The notes: generated by a model not told the origin, from the letters alone. Positions 41,664-55,390 are shown, counted from the first letter of the stretch. The stretch: DNA of 64,000 bases from Octopus vulgaris (GCA_951406725.2 OX597819.1:94054001-94118000), one strand, 5' to 3'. Numbers and translations are program-made.

Positions 41664-42440
41664 ACTGTTTTCAATCAATTCAATTAAATAGAAAAGTGTA
41701 TTACAAAATAGTACATATGTAATAGTAATAGTACATATGTTTAATGCAGTTTTATGAAAATGAAATTTAGTCTGTAAACATTGAAAGTTTAATTACCTCT
41801 CAATGATACTAAAATAATTAGATTGGTCTGCCTATCACATAAATCTTATAAGTCCTAAAACAGAGATAAGATAGCCAAAGAAGCAAATTTTCAAATGGTC
41901 ACTCAATGAGCTACAAATAAAAGGTAAATCTCTAGCAACACCAAAACAGGAAATGCATAATATGATCTCAAATAATCTGTTTGCAAAAAGAGAAAAAAAT
42001 TGTTGTAGTTAAAATACTTTTGATTAGCTGACGGACAGACACTGAACGAAGCTGTACAGAAAATTATGCCTGGTCGCATGTGCAAATGCCCATACTTTGT
42101 GCAGCAGAAACATGTGTAGGTTGTTGTAACCACAAAGATATGCTGTATGAAGTTGTAAAATAAAAGAGAATAAATTTTGAAGATGAACAAGTCTCCATAT
42201 TGTCTATCATTATAATTATTGCTAATATACACACCAGTAAATATCATCATCCAGTGAAGCAAACATAGAATTACCCATTGGAGGAATTTACAGCATGAGT
42301 GACAACTCATAATAATCATACATATTAAATACTAATTGATGCAGTTAGCCATAACCTGGAGCCTAACTGAGAGCCACCATGGTATCTGCCCAGATAATAT
42401 ATTCCTCTAAACTCACACACACACACATACACACACACAT

Positions 42441-42471
<31 letters not shown>

Positions 42472-42787
42472 CACACACATACAATTTTACAATATATATA
42501 TGTATAAATATACAATTTTACAATATATATATATGAGTCTAGAGGGATATATTATATCACTTATATATACGATTTTACAATATATATATATATGTATAAT
42601 TTTACAATATTGATTAGAATATGTGTAGGATTTTTCGTTTGTTCTTTACTCTTTAATTTTTTTATTTTTGATAACCAAACCAGTATTTTAGATATGCTTT
42701 GTTGTCATTCATGTATATTTGTGTATTTAAATGTTTGCTTTCTTTTAAACCTTCTCTTTAATAACTATAACCATTAACTTTCCACAG

Positions 42788-42943
42788 GTTCTTACCCAAG
42801 AAGATTGGAACACGGTCCTATATAATGGGATGGATAAAACGTCCGCATGGGCATCCCTTTATTTCATTGCGCTAATGACTTTTGGAAATTATGTGCTCTT
42901 TAATCTCCTTGTTGCTATTCTCGTCGAGGGGTTTTCTACAGAG
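42788..42943 (+). CDS. Cav3: T-type voltage-gated calcium channel alpha1 (Cav3, CACNA1G/H/I-like), internal exon encoding the domain II P-loop and S6
   Basis: Acceptor ttccacag| and donor |gtaaga flank a 156-nt phase 0-0 exon. It translates to [52 protein letters not shown], matching the Cav3 domain II signature (LTQEDWN...[26 protein letters not shown]). Not shown in the ORF track because it lacks a start codon. Confidence 0.97.
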
Positions 42944-43290
42944 GTAAGAAGACAGTTTTTCTTTTAGTTCACAAGAATTTTGAAACTTTGAAGATATGAA
43001 ATACATAAATTTTAACAGTGGAACACCAAAGTAGAACAAGCAATAAATAGTAGCAAGTAAGTATTGAGTTAAAAATTCCTTTGGATGGAAAAGGTCAAAG
43101 GGTCTTTTAACCAATACTTATATGCTATTACACATGGTTTTATCTGCTTCGAGTTCCACCATTAAAAATGATTCCTTTTTCTTTTGTTTTGCTTTCTAAA
43201 TTTCAAGATTACCAAGTTAGGCAATGCAGTGCAAATATTCAATAAGACAATTACAAAAGCATCCTTCTCTGATGAAAAAAAGTACATTTC

Positions 43291-43513
43291 AGAAGGTTAC
43301 TAAAACAATCATGCTGTTCCAAAATATACAACTAAAATAATGACCTCAATAGGAACAGGCATGGTTGTGTGGTTAGAATCTTGCTTCCCAACCATATGGT
43401 TCCAGATTCAGTCCCACTTCTTGGCACCTTGGACAAGTGCATTCTACTATAGCCTCAGGCCAACTAAGGCCTTGTGAGTGAATTTGGTAGATGGAAACTG
43501 AAAGAAGCCCATC

Positions 43514-43553
<40 letters not shown>

Positions 43554-44004
43554 GATGAGACACATGTTATTTATCTCAAAATTATATGCTAATGTTTTGG
43601 CATGGTTACTGATGAGAATTCGCCTAGCAAATTATTTTATTTGCCAAAAAGAGTTTACACCTAGGTATAACCATACAAAAATAACAAGGTAAAAGTTTGT
43701 ATTTTTCATTCCCATCGAAAATTGCTCTTAAATGTGGTTTTGGTTGTTTTGACTGCTTCTTCTAGTGTGTAAAATTACCTGTTAAAAGGTAGTTTCTCTT
43801 GTGTTTAAATGTACACTATTTTGTATTGAGTGTGTGTGTGTGTCTTTGTGTGTGTCTTTGTGTCTGTTTTTGTCTCTCCCACCCCATCACCACTAGCCTT
43901 TAAAAAGAATAAATCCAGGGGTCAATTTGTTCAACAAAACCTTTAAGGTGGTGCTCCAGTATGGCCAGAATCAAATAACTAAAACAAGGAAAAGAATAAA
44001 AGAA
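43291..44004 (+). mobile_element. SINE family A split by an ~280-bp insertion in its microsatellite
   Basis: Head and body at 43291-43515, (TA)n, foreign insert at about 43551-43828, and the tail resumes at 43830-44004. Confidence 0.8.
43602..43674 (+). ncRNA. Decayed hammerhead motif in a Penelope-like insert nested in the (TA)n tract of a SINE
   Basis: Reads ATGGTTA CTGATGA GAATTC...GAGTTT ACAC CTAG GTA TAACCAT. Stem I is a perfect 7 bp and ACCTAGGT is palindromic, but the GAAA motif is lost. Confidence 0.55.
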
Positions 44005-44478
44005 TGAGAATTTGACATATATGTAGGTGCATTCTTGGTTGTTTGTAAAGTAGAGTATTTAATTTGCTTAACAGATTGTACATTAGCATGTATAGACATC
44101 ATCATTTTAGTGCCCACTTTTCCAAGCTTGCATGGGTTGGACAGAAGTTGCAGAGGCAGATTTTCTATAGCTGGATGCTATGTCAGTCACTTGCTCCCAA
44201 GTAAGCTGATATTTTCCCATGATCAGACATATTTTCACAGAAGATTGGAAATGGAGGGCATCATGGTTGCAATCAAATACAAGTATCATGTGAAGCAAAA
44301 TAAGAAGACAGCAACACACACAGACATACAAATACATATCATCATCATTTAACGTCCACTGCTCCCTTGCTCATATGTGCCAGAAGGAATTTGTTGAAGC
44401 AGATTTTCTACAAGCAGTTGCCCTATCTGTCACCAACACTCACATGTTTATATGTAAGGTTAATATTTCCCATGACCA

Positions 44479-44910
44479 AGGTGGTGAGCTGGCAGAAACT
44501 TTAGCACGCTGGGTGAAGTGCTTTGCGGTATTTCGTCTGCCATTATGTTCTGAGTTCAAATTCTGCCAAAGTCAACTTTACCTTTCATCTTTTCAGGGTC
44601 GATAAATTAAGTACCAGTTACACACTGGGGTCGATGTAATCGACTTAATCCCTTTCTCGGTCCTTGTTTGTCCCTTCTGTATTTAGCCCCTTATGGGCAA
44701 TAAAGAAATAAGAAACATTAGCACACTGGGCGAAATGCTTAGTGGTATTTTGTCTGTTTTTACATTCTGAGTTCAAATTCCACCGAGGTCGACTTTGCCT
44801 TTCATCCTTTTAGGGTCAATAAATTAAGTACCAGTTACATACTGGGATCAATCTAATCAACTGGCCTCCTTCCCCAAAAATTTCGGACCTTGTGCCTAGA
44901 GTAGAAAAGA
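44479..44910 (+). mobile_element. SINE family B tandem dimer
   Basis: Two consecutive units (44479-44712 and 44713-44910) with different 3' ends. Other copies at about 9660-9858(-), 20382-20570(+), 24425-24640(+) and 53860-54060(-). Confidence 0.85.
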
Positions 44911-45016
44911 ATATTTCCCATGACCAGACATGTGTTCATAAAACACTAGAAATGAAGAACACTTGTAAGACTGTATTTTTCATTTACAGCCATCACACAG
45001 TCAAGGCAAGGAAACG

Positions 45017-45068
<52 letters not shown>

Positions 45069-45679
45069 AACAATGAGCGTTTTCCATTTTGTGTCAACCA
45101 AATCCATTCACAAGGCTTTGATCAGTCCAAAGCTGTAGCAGAAGACACTTGCCCAAGGTGCCATACAGTGGAACTGAACTTGGAACCACGTCAGTTACGA
45201 AGTAAGCTTCTTACCACACATCAAGCAATTCTTCCACCATGCCAGGACAAAGTGTGCCTCCAATGCCAAAAAGTATTGTTACCAAAACAAGTTCTCTGTC
45301 CAGTGAACTGTGCCAAATTGCCAGTACCCAAACTGTCATGATCAGTCGTCTCATACCAAAATATAATGACAGGCTGGTCATAACTAGAAAGCTATTATTT
45401 AATCATATTTCTATTCGATGTGGGTTGACCTGGTGTTAAACATGAATAACTCCACCACCACCAACAACGACAACAACAGTTCTACGAACATTATTAAACA
45501 TTAGCAAATACTGATAGCCTTATTAAAACAAATATACGTGAGGCAAAACAACATCAGCAAACAAAGAAACAATTATTTTAATTACATGTCTGTCTGATTT
45601 AGGTAATTAATAGAATTTATCAACAAAATAGTTGCCACATAGATAGAAATGATAAGTATATGGGGTGGGGTGGGATGAG

Positions 45680-45761
45680 GTGGGATGAGGAGAGGAGAGA
45701 AACAGAATAAAAGATGGAAAGGAAAGAAGGATGGAAGCAAGCAAGAAGGAAAGAAGGAAGT

Positions 45762-45805
<44 letters not shown>

Positions 45806-46200
45806 AAAAAGAAATAAAGAAAGAACAAAAGAGGAAGAAAGAAAGAATGAAAAAGAAAGAAAGAAAGAAATGAAGGATAGTGGAGAGGATATGAGGATAG
45901 AATGCTGAAAGGAAGAAAAAAGAAAAGAAAGAAAGGAAGGAGGAAGGGAGAGAGAAGGAAAGAAAGAAAGAAAACAACAAAGAAGGAAGGTAGGAAGAAA
46001 GAAGGGAAAAAGAAAGCAGTAAAGAACTGAGGAAGGAAGGGAGACAGGAAAGAAGGAAGTGGGGGGTGAAGGATAAGGAGGAGGGAAGTAGGAAAGAAAA
46101 AAAAGATGGAAAAAGTAAGACAAAGAAAGACAGAAAGAATGAAGAAACAAGTAAAGAAAGAAAGAAAAAAGTAGAAAGAAATAACAGTTATAAAAAAAAA
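45680..46200 (+). repeat. Polypurine (GAAA/GGAA) low-complexity tract
   Basis: About 500 nt of almost pure A/G. Confidence 0.9.
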
Positions 46201-46499
46201 GATATTGTTTTAATGTTTTCGTTTCTCCTCTGCTGTTCCTCTCACACCCTTTCATTGAAATCTGTAGTTTCCCAACTCTGTCTTCACACACAAACAGATA
46301 CAAGTTAACACATTTACTATGGCCTTTTACCCCTGTGGTGGGACAAAAGTGAAAGTGATAATAAACAAGATTTAAAACAACTAAGAAAGACAATCATAGT
46401 TCAATGTAAATGTCAATATTATCTCTTGTAGCACTCCAAAGGTGGTGGTTTCTCTGACATTTCTATTGATGTGTTTATCTGTAGTAATAGTAGCATTAT

Positions 46500-47126
46500 G
46501 GGTGATATGTATGTATGTTGGTATGTATGTATGTGTATATATATATATATAATTATGTGTGTGTGTGTGTGTGTGTGTTTATGTCTGTACACAGAAGTGT
46601 ATACTTATATAATACACACATACATATATACATGCGTGTGTATATATATATATATATATATATACATAGATATATATATGTATATATGCATATATCTACA
46701 TATTGCATATGTAAGTGTGTGTACATGTGACATATGTACGTACGTATGTATGTGTATGAATGTATATATGTACGTACATTTCTATTTGGTTGCATTAATG
46801 TACATGCATACATTGATATGTATATATATATATGTATGTATGAATAAATATATATATATATATTTACATGTATGTACATGTAGTGTGAATGAATGTGTTT
46901 ATGTTTGTTTTCTGTTGATGCATTGTTATTACACATGTATATATGTATGCATGTATGTGTAGATGGATATGTGTTTGTGTAAGTATATGGATATTTAGGT
47001 TTGCAAACAAGAGATGAAAGACATATATATATATATATATATATCCACATTTATATCATTTGTATGTGTGTGCAACTGTTGTGTATAAATAAGTATATAT
47101 AGGTAGACAGATAGTTTGATGGATAG

Positions 47127-47166
<40 letters not shown>

Positions 47167-47168
47167 AT

Positions 47169-47201
<33 letters not shown>

Positions 47202-47206
47202 CATAC

Positions 47207-47251
<45 letters not shown>

Positions 47252-47264
47252 CATACATACATAC

Positions 47265-47295
<31 letters not shown>

Positions 47296-47875
47296 AAATA
47301 TGTATGTATATGAACTGATAGACAGATTGATAAATAGATACATGTGTGTGTGTGTGTGTACATGTATATACATTAATAAGTACTAGATGTACAAATGACA
47401 GAAGGAAGAAAAAGCCATCTGTGTGTATGAATATGTGAGCATAACTATACAGCAGAATGTATTTATATATTCTTACGATTTTGTTGACATATATATCAGT
47501 GTAAAGTAGTTAAGTTTTAGGTGTGTATACGTGTGTGAGATGTTGCAATCAGTTGATATTTTGTTTTTGGTCATTACAATGAAAGGCATCATCAAACAAA
47601 CTTCCCTACCAATACCAAACTCAACACCTACATCACTGTTGTTTGTTCCATGTTTCTGCATTCTTAACAAGCACCATTGACATTATATTATATATATCTT
47701 TATATCTTTATATGTCTTACTAGTGGAGATTTTGATTAACCGTGTGTATATGTGTGTGTGTGTGTGTGTGTAAATATATATGATAATATATGTATGTATG
47801 TGTGTGTATATATATATATATAGATAGATAAAGAGATTGATAGATACATACATACATATGTATATATATAAGTAT

Positions 47876-47914
<39 letters not shown>

Positions 47915-47930
47915 CATACATATCTATATC

Positions 47931-47988
<58 letters not shown>

Positions 47989-48080
47989 TATGTATATGTA
48001 TATATTCATTATTATGTATATATATCTATATATCTATATGTGTATGTATATAATTACATACATTTGTCCATATATACAAT
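46500..48080. repeat. Compound TA/CA/TACA microsatellite field
   Basis: One of many such fields. Others include (GATA)n at 7520-7625 and 11330-11395, (TACA)n at 35975-36175, (CA)n at 39535-39620 and (TA)n at 25866-26110. Confidence 0.9.
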
Positions 48081-49297
48081 CACACATATTTGCAGAAAAA
48101 ATTCTAATATGGAAATGACTGTCTGATGGAGAATATTTTGCACTGGGTAAATTTTCCTAATATCAATAATTGGAAAATTTCTCCTCTTTGAAATGGAACA
48201 AACCCTGTCAATTACTGATCAATAAATTCAAGATTTTTTTTTTTTTTTTTAATATTGGAGAAAAAATTATCCATAAGAATATGAATATAGCTTCAGCTAT
48301 TCACAATACTTCAGTTGTGATCTACTGTTATAAAAACAAACTTTGCTTGCATTGATCAGCAAAATTGTTTTACAGATAATTTGAGAGAAAAAAATATAGT
48401 TTTGAAAAATGGTATTTTGTATATGGTATATATTTTACAATTGTTACTTTTATTTAAATTCTTGGGTCAAATATGTAAAATTATGTTAAAGATTCTCTTT
48501 TCTTTTAGTAATATTTAGGTCTGTGCAAAACACAGAAGTTTAATTTTAATGTTTAAGGTGTATTTCTTTATGCAAGATGCTAGGTGTTTCTGTGTAATTT
48601 GCTGAGATAAAATTTTCAATAAGATTTGGGAAAATAAAAGCACTAAAAACTCTTTTTTTTTTTTTTTTTTTTTTTTGCAAGGTATTTGAATATAGTGAAA
48701 CCCATTTGCACATAGTTTGAGATTTACAAAAGAAAGGAAACAGCATAAATATTCCAGAAATATAGTAACAAGCATAAATAGAAACTAGATTACTAACTCA
48801 GTTTGAAAACAGTCAAACCTATGTACACAAAACAAAAGTTTTCAGAAGAGAGGAAAATAGCAGAATATTATAACAAACAGGGTTTTGAAACCATATTATA
48901 GATTCCATTAACTTGTGACTAATGACCAATTTCTTATCTGTAAGATTGTTGAACACATGCTAAACTATTGAATGTCAGTGAATGCATCCAGCAACAAGTC
49001 CTGTATTACAACAATTAATGAAATATCTTCATTGTCATCATTATGATCGTCATCACATTTAATGTCTATCTTTCCATGTTTGCATGGGTCAGACAAAATT
49101 CAACTGAGGCAAGTTTTCTATAACTGGATGCCTTTCCCCTAGCAAGAAATGCTTTCATGGAAGACTGAAAACAAATGATATTGGCTTGTATGACAGCAAC
49201 ACACAACTATCTGATGATGTCAAAACAAGAAGATGCATATACATACATACATGTATGCACATACATACATACACGTATGCACATACATATATGTGTG

Positions 49298-49340
<43 letters not shown>

Positions 49341-51013
49341 AGGTTTGGAGAAGATGTACATATACATATACATACATACATATATATGTCATATGTAAAT
49401 ATATATGTCTGTGTGTGTGTGATGCACATATGCAAAGAGCTTCTTTTAGTTTCCATCCAACAAATCTACTCATAACATTCACAGCTTTAGTCAGTCAGGA
49501 GCTAGAGTAGAAGACACTTATCCAAGCTGCCACACACTGAGACTGAACCTGAAACACTTATGACTGGAAAGGAAACTCCTTAACCACAGAGCCAAAATTA
49601 ATAAAGTATCTCATCCATAACAACATTTGAATAGAAATGTAAAAATATTATGTAAATTTTGAGATTGGATTGTTCAAAGAATCAAATTGTTTACCTAAAG
49701 AGAAAACAATGAAAAACAAAAAAAGACAGTAAATGACAGATCTGACATACACCCACACTTTTGGTTAGCATCTTGGCATATTTCGTATTATTATGCTTAT
49801 TTATGCTACCAACTTACATTACAGCTTTAAAAGTCTATATTATGAGATAAGTTTCCATTATCTTAGCATTGTTGTTGCTGTTGAATAATCAAAGTCAGCT
49901 TTGCTTGACACAGCTCTGTTTGACACATAGGTAGCTGAATTAATACTTAAAGAGAAAACCATAAGATATTTATAGAATTGAATTAATATATGCATACAGA
50001 GTCACAGCCATATGTTTAATAAACGTGTATTTAGTCTTGCTGTGAAAACAAGACCCCGTGGTTAAACCACAAAGCTTTTGATGGCTTGGAGGATCAAATC
50101 GTTTTCTTTATCTTAAAAAGTAATCAAGAATTGCTTACTTCAGCCTTTCAAACTGTAGAAAGGGAAAGTAAGGTAAACTACATCTTCATTGCTTTTGCAG
50201 TCACTTTCTCCATGCCAGCATGGATTGAATAAAACTTTTTGATGCTATATTCTAGGACATGATGCCTTTTCTTATGTCAATTTTTATATCTATAAGTAAG
50301 AGACTTGATTCTAATATATTTTGTTGTTGTTGTTGTTGTTTTGGCATTATGCAGCATAAACCAACAATGGTTGTGGTCATGTGTGTATTTGTGTGTGTGT
50401 GTGTGTAATGTACATCATCATCATTTAATGTCCACATTCCTTCTGACATTCTATGCTTGGAGTGTTTGACAAGACCTGGCAGGTCAGAGCACTACATCAA
50501 GTACCAATGATAGTTTTGACATTGTTTCTGCAGCTGGATGCCCTTCCTTATGCCAACAACATTGCAGAGTGTGCTAAGTGCCTTTTTTTCATGTAAACAA
50601 CACTAGCAAGGTCACCAAATAGCTCACAAGTCATGACCTCCTGACTGAGTAGGGTGTCACATTGAGGTAGATAGCTTATACCAGGGGTATTGAAAAGCAA
50701 GACGATAATAGAGGAATATGAACAGGTGAATTGCTGGAAAGGAGATACAGGACTGCTCCAGCTGGGAATGGAAAGAGAAGGATGGTAGTGATGAGGCGTC
50801 AGGACATATCCTTCAGATACAAGTGGGTGAATGAGAAGAGGATGGAGAGAGAGAAAGAGAGAAAGAGGTAAAGGGGAGTGATGGGGGTCAGTGATGAATA
50901 TCATTCTGTGAGGGTAAGTTGAAGGAAACAGAAATGAAACAGCAAGGAGGAGGGGATAAGTGGTCTAGTGAATGGATTTTGTAAATGGAAACTGAAAGAA
51001 GCATGTCATATAT

Positions 51014-51046
<33 letters not shown>

Positions 51047-51300
51047 TATGCATTTGTGAATGCGTTTGTGCCTCTTCATGCCACATGATAGTTGTAAACA
51101 AGTGTCACCACCATAAATGTGGCACCATTTGATTCCAGTCTTCTGTGTAAACATGTTCAGTAATGGGAAATATTACCTTGCTTGGAAACAAGTGAGGGTT
51201 GGTGAGAGCGAGAGCATCCAGCTGTAGAAAATTTGCCTCAATAAATTCTCTTCAGACTCAAACAGTCATGGAAAAGTGAACATCAAAAATGATGATGATA

Positions 51301-51357
<57 letters not shown>

Positions 51358-51359
51358 CA

Positions 51360-51406
51360 AAAACTGTTCGATGAACGGCAACGCGAAACTCAGAGTAACA
51401 GGTTTT
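51360..51406 (+). ncRNA. Hammerhead-like motif with altered core in an ~80-bp insert inside (TA)n
   Basis: Reads AAAACTGT TCGATGA A CG GCAA CG C GAAA CT CAG AG TA ACAGGTTTT. All three stems are present, but the core is TCGATGA instead of CTGANGA. AATAAA follows. Confidence 0.6.
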
Positions 51407-51447
51407 ATAGAATTTTCTGCTGCTTTAAATAAAGTATATATATATGA

Positions 51448-51478
<31 letters not shown>

Positions 51479-52211
51479 TACAGACATACATACATATATA
51501 CATACATACATATACACAATATGTGTGTTTACATGTATGTTTTATTTAAAGACTCACAAGCATACACGTACACAATGCACTATATTATACACCACACAAA
51601 GTATTTATATACAAGACTACATACAATATGATAATGAGTTAAATCTAGTGGTTTGTTAACAGAAGTTTCAAGTCTCATCATATCCACGTAATATGCAAAT
51701 ATTGCTGTGATGGATTGTTTTAATGTAGCAGGGTTCAACAAAATTCTGCAGCCTGCCAAACAGATTTCTCCGAGTGACTTTGTGTAACAGTCTCAATATA
51801 ACTGGAGGTCACTGGAAAATATGCATACATACCCCACTGGAAGAGCTTTGAAAAATAACTGTACAAAGGAAAGTATGGAGGGACTTGATAGATGTATTGC
51901 CAAGTCATATAGCACAACCAGATGGAGAGGGGAAATCTATTGGGACCTAATAATAGTATTGTTAAAGATGTTAGGCATACACAGACAAAATTATATGTAA
52001 AATATGCACACACAAATACATATAGATATTTGTGTTTTTGTTAACACACAAACATGCAGGTCTACACACATGTATACACATATACATATATAAGCCCAAC
52101 CACACACATAGATAAGCAGCTACAACTACACATACACACACACATATGCATGCTATCATTACACACACACACAAACCTGTGCTTACGCACATACCTACGC
52201 ATACACACACA

Positions 52212-52504
52212 GGCCAACCAAAGCCTTGTGAGTGGATTTGGTAGACAGAAACTGAAAGAAGCCCGTTGTATATATGTGTATATATATATGTATGTGTGTA
52301 TATGTTTGTGTATCTGTGTTTGTCCTCCCAGCATCGCTTGAAACCGATGATGGTGTATTTATGTCCCCATAACTTAGCTGTTCGGCAAAAGAAACCGATA
52401 GAAAAAGTACTAGGCTTACAAAAAATATGTCCTGGGGTCGATTTGCTTGACTAAGGGCAGTGCTCCAGCATGGCCGCAATCAAATAACTGAAACAAGTGA
52501 AAGA
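52212..52504 (+). mobile_element. SINE family A (headless)
   Basis: Body and tail motifs. Further partial copies at about 11450-11580(-), 19790-19940(-), 26835-27000(+), 45070-45220(-) and 49435-49590(-). Confidence 0.8.
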
Positions 52505-55152
52505 ATATATATATAGGCACTGTGTTGTAAGAAGCACGAAATTTTGTCAGTGAACAGGTCGTGGTCTCAAAGTGACAAAAATATTTTGACAAATTAAATT
52601 TAAATGTTGAAGTGAATCTAACGGTTTTGTGTATATCTTAAATGGCTTATAAATACCTTCCACACAGCAATTGTTATGTATAAATATATATATATAAATT
52701 CATAGTAGCATGACGCAAGTAAGAATCGAACTGTTCTTGATGTCTACTGCAGAGTTAAATGAGGTCATAGAAGAACCAATGGAAGCTTGAAACTGGAATA
52801 AATTCAATAGCCACACAACAGTGCCAAGAACTTTAGTTATACCTCCAGCTTTCTTGCTCACAGTACGATCATACATACATATACATATGTTTTAAGCATA
52901 TAGATATACCTATGAATATTATGTATTTTAAAATATTCATACCATGTTCGGGTGTTAGTTATTTCTGAATAGTTTTTTTGAACTAACACCAATATGCAAA
53001 TTAGCACATCCTTGTGTGAAATAAACCACATCTTTTAGATTGTTATGAACTGTTTCTTCTTGACATCATGACAAATGAAGTTACATGAACTTTGATAAGA
53101 ACTAAGGGAATTTGGTTTTACTGTTGTTGTTTACACACAGGTCTGCTCTGATCTGCCAGACCTATGATTAAGAACATTTCTACTATGACACTCCCATTTC
53201 TTTTTGCTGTCATATTTTTGTCTCTCATATCTTTTTCTGTCATATCTGTTTCATTATAGAGATTTTCTAACTAGCTACTTTGCTTGTTGCAAATTCAGTG
53301 ATTGATTGTCACTTATTTTTCTATATATATAGCAAACTGGAGTGAACCACTGCTATCTCTAGCAGATGGGTGTCCACCACTGAGGATAAGCACAAATAGT
53401 TCAAAACTGGATGGTCTGGTGGTTCCGTTGTCATTACTTAAAGATGGTAGGGGTTCACTCCCTTGCTTGCAATATATATCAGGTGCAGATTGCATTGATA
53501 ACCAGCTAGAGGAGTCTCCTCCTGGGGTTAAAAATGGTAGTAATGTCAGTTTCTACAGAACAGCCATGTTGAAGTGTCAATAAACATTACTTCACAGTAT
53601 AGTTACTGCTTCTGTATAAAAGAAAAACATGACTAGCCATGGGGAAATATTACCTGGAAAACAGGTAATATTACTTGGAAACAGGTGAGGGATAATGCCA
53701 GGAAGGGCATCTTGCTGTAGAAATCTGTTTCAACAACTTCCATCTGAGAATAGAAGTTTAGAAAAGTGGTTGTTATATGATGATGATAGTGTGTATGACA
53801 AAATTATTGCTCAGCTAGGAAGTAGTAAAAAATGATATTTTCTAACAAATTATTGGTGTCAGATTTTGACACAAGGCCAGCAATTTTGGGAGAGGGGCCA
53901 AGTCGATTGGATCAACCTCAGTGCTCAACTAGTACTTATTTTATCAACTTCGAAAGGATGAAAGGCAATGTCGACCCTGGTGGAATTTGAACTGAGAATG
54001 TAAAGACAGATAAAATGCCGCTAAGCATTTCAACCAGCATGGTATCAATTCTGTCTGCTCAGAATATATGAGTTAGCCCATATATATACCCCTGGTTGTG
54101 GTTTCACATGAACTCACCAAGGAACATCTGACTGAGCATGCAAAATATTCAGTAGGTAGACAACACCCATAGCTAACAGTTGCATACTGTCCTTCTCTTC
54201 CAGATTGTGAAAGCTTACCATAACATTTAATCTAAATACAATGAAATTTTAAGACTTCATTATTTTTATGGGCATATATGGGTTAAAATTATGGAAAATA
54301 CTGAGTACACAAATGGCACTAAATGCATAAATCTTTAATTAACTGGTATATTGCATTAGTGCAAGCTTCAGTATTTCAAATCCACAGTGAAGGACTGCTT
54401 AGATAACTTTCAAAGTATTATGTAACACACCCTGCTTCTTGGCACACTGTTGGTTAAGCTGACAAGGATTCCCATTGATCCAATCAACAGAACAGCCTAT
54501 TCATGAAATCAATATGCAAGTGGCTGAGAATTCCACAGACACACACACACCCTTAACATAGTTCTCAGAATGTGACAAGGCTGGCCCTTTGAACTACCGG
54601 TACAACTTATTTTACCAGCTGAGGAGAATGGGGCAATGTGAAATAAAGTGTCTTGCTCAAAGACACAATGTACTACCAGGGATCGAACTCACATTCTCAC
54701 AGTTGTAAGCCAAATAATCTGAACCACTAAACCACATTCTTTCACTAACTGACTTCATAAAGCTCGAATTTACTCGTCTAAATTGCCTATTTCAGGTGTT
54801 CTAAACCCTTTTTATTCTATTTGCCATCTGACAAATTTTTGCAATTATATTAACCCCAACTCTACTTTGTTCAGTAATTTGAGTTTACACATTTATCATA
54901 ATAAAACAACTGACAAAGAGGAAATTCAAAATAATGTTTTTAGACAATAAAAATAGCACAGAACAATGTTATTTCATTTATTCATGAACTAATGATGAAT
55001 AAATACCAGAACCAAAAACAGTCTTCTGAATTAGACTTCTCCATCAATAATATAGTAATTAACAAGTATACAATAACAATCATTAAATCCAAGTGAGAGA
55101 AGGAAAGAAATTAGTATTTTTTCACAAAATAAGCCAACATCAAATTTATTTT

Positions 55153-55390
55153 TCCGTGCCGGTGGCACGTAAAAAGCACCATCCGATTGTGGCCGTTTGC
55201 CAGCCTCATCTGGCACGTAAAAAGCACCCACTATACTCATGGAGTGGTTGGCGTCAGGAAGGGCATCCAGCCGTAGAAACATTGCCAGATCAGACTGGGC
55301 CTGGTGCAGCCTTCTGGCTCCCCAGACCCCAGTTGAACCGTCCAACCCATGCCAGCATGGAAAGCGGACACTAAAATATGATGATGATAA
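55153..55390 (+). mobile_element. RTE LINE 3' UTR
   Basis: Same family. Shorter relics also at about 12005-12240(-), 34310-34460(-), 57260-57445(+) and 50415-50600(-). Confidence 0.8.

Noticed and set aside
41903-42319. 138-aa hydrophobic antisense ORF (possible nested membrane protein)
   Set aside because: No GPCR or other motif. Hydrophobicity is expected from T-rich sequence.
45620-46393. 257-aa Phe/Ser/Leu-rich ORF
   Set aside because: It is the reverse complement of the polypurine tract.
53302-53583. 93-aa non-repetitive ORF between the two exons
   Set aside because: The nearest acceptor read in phase 0 hits a stop within 10 codons. No recognisable domain; possibly an old repeat.
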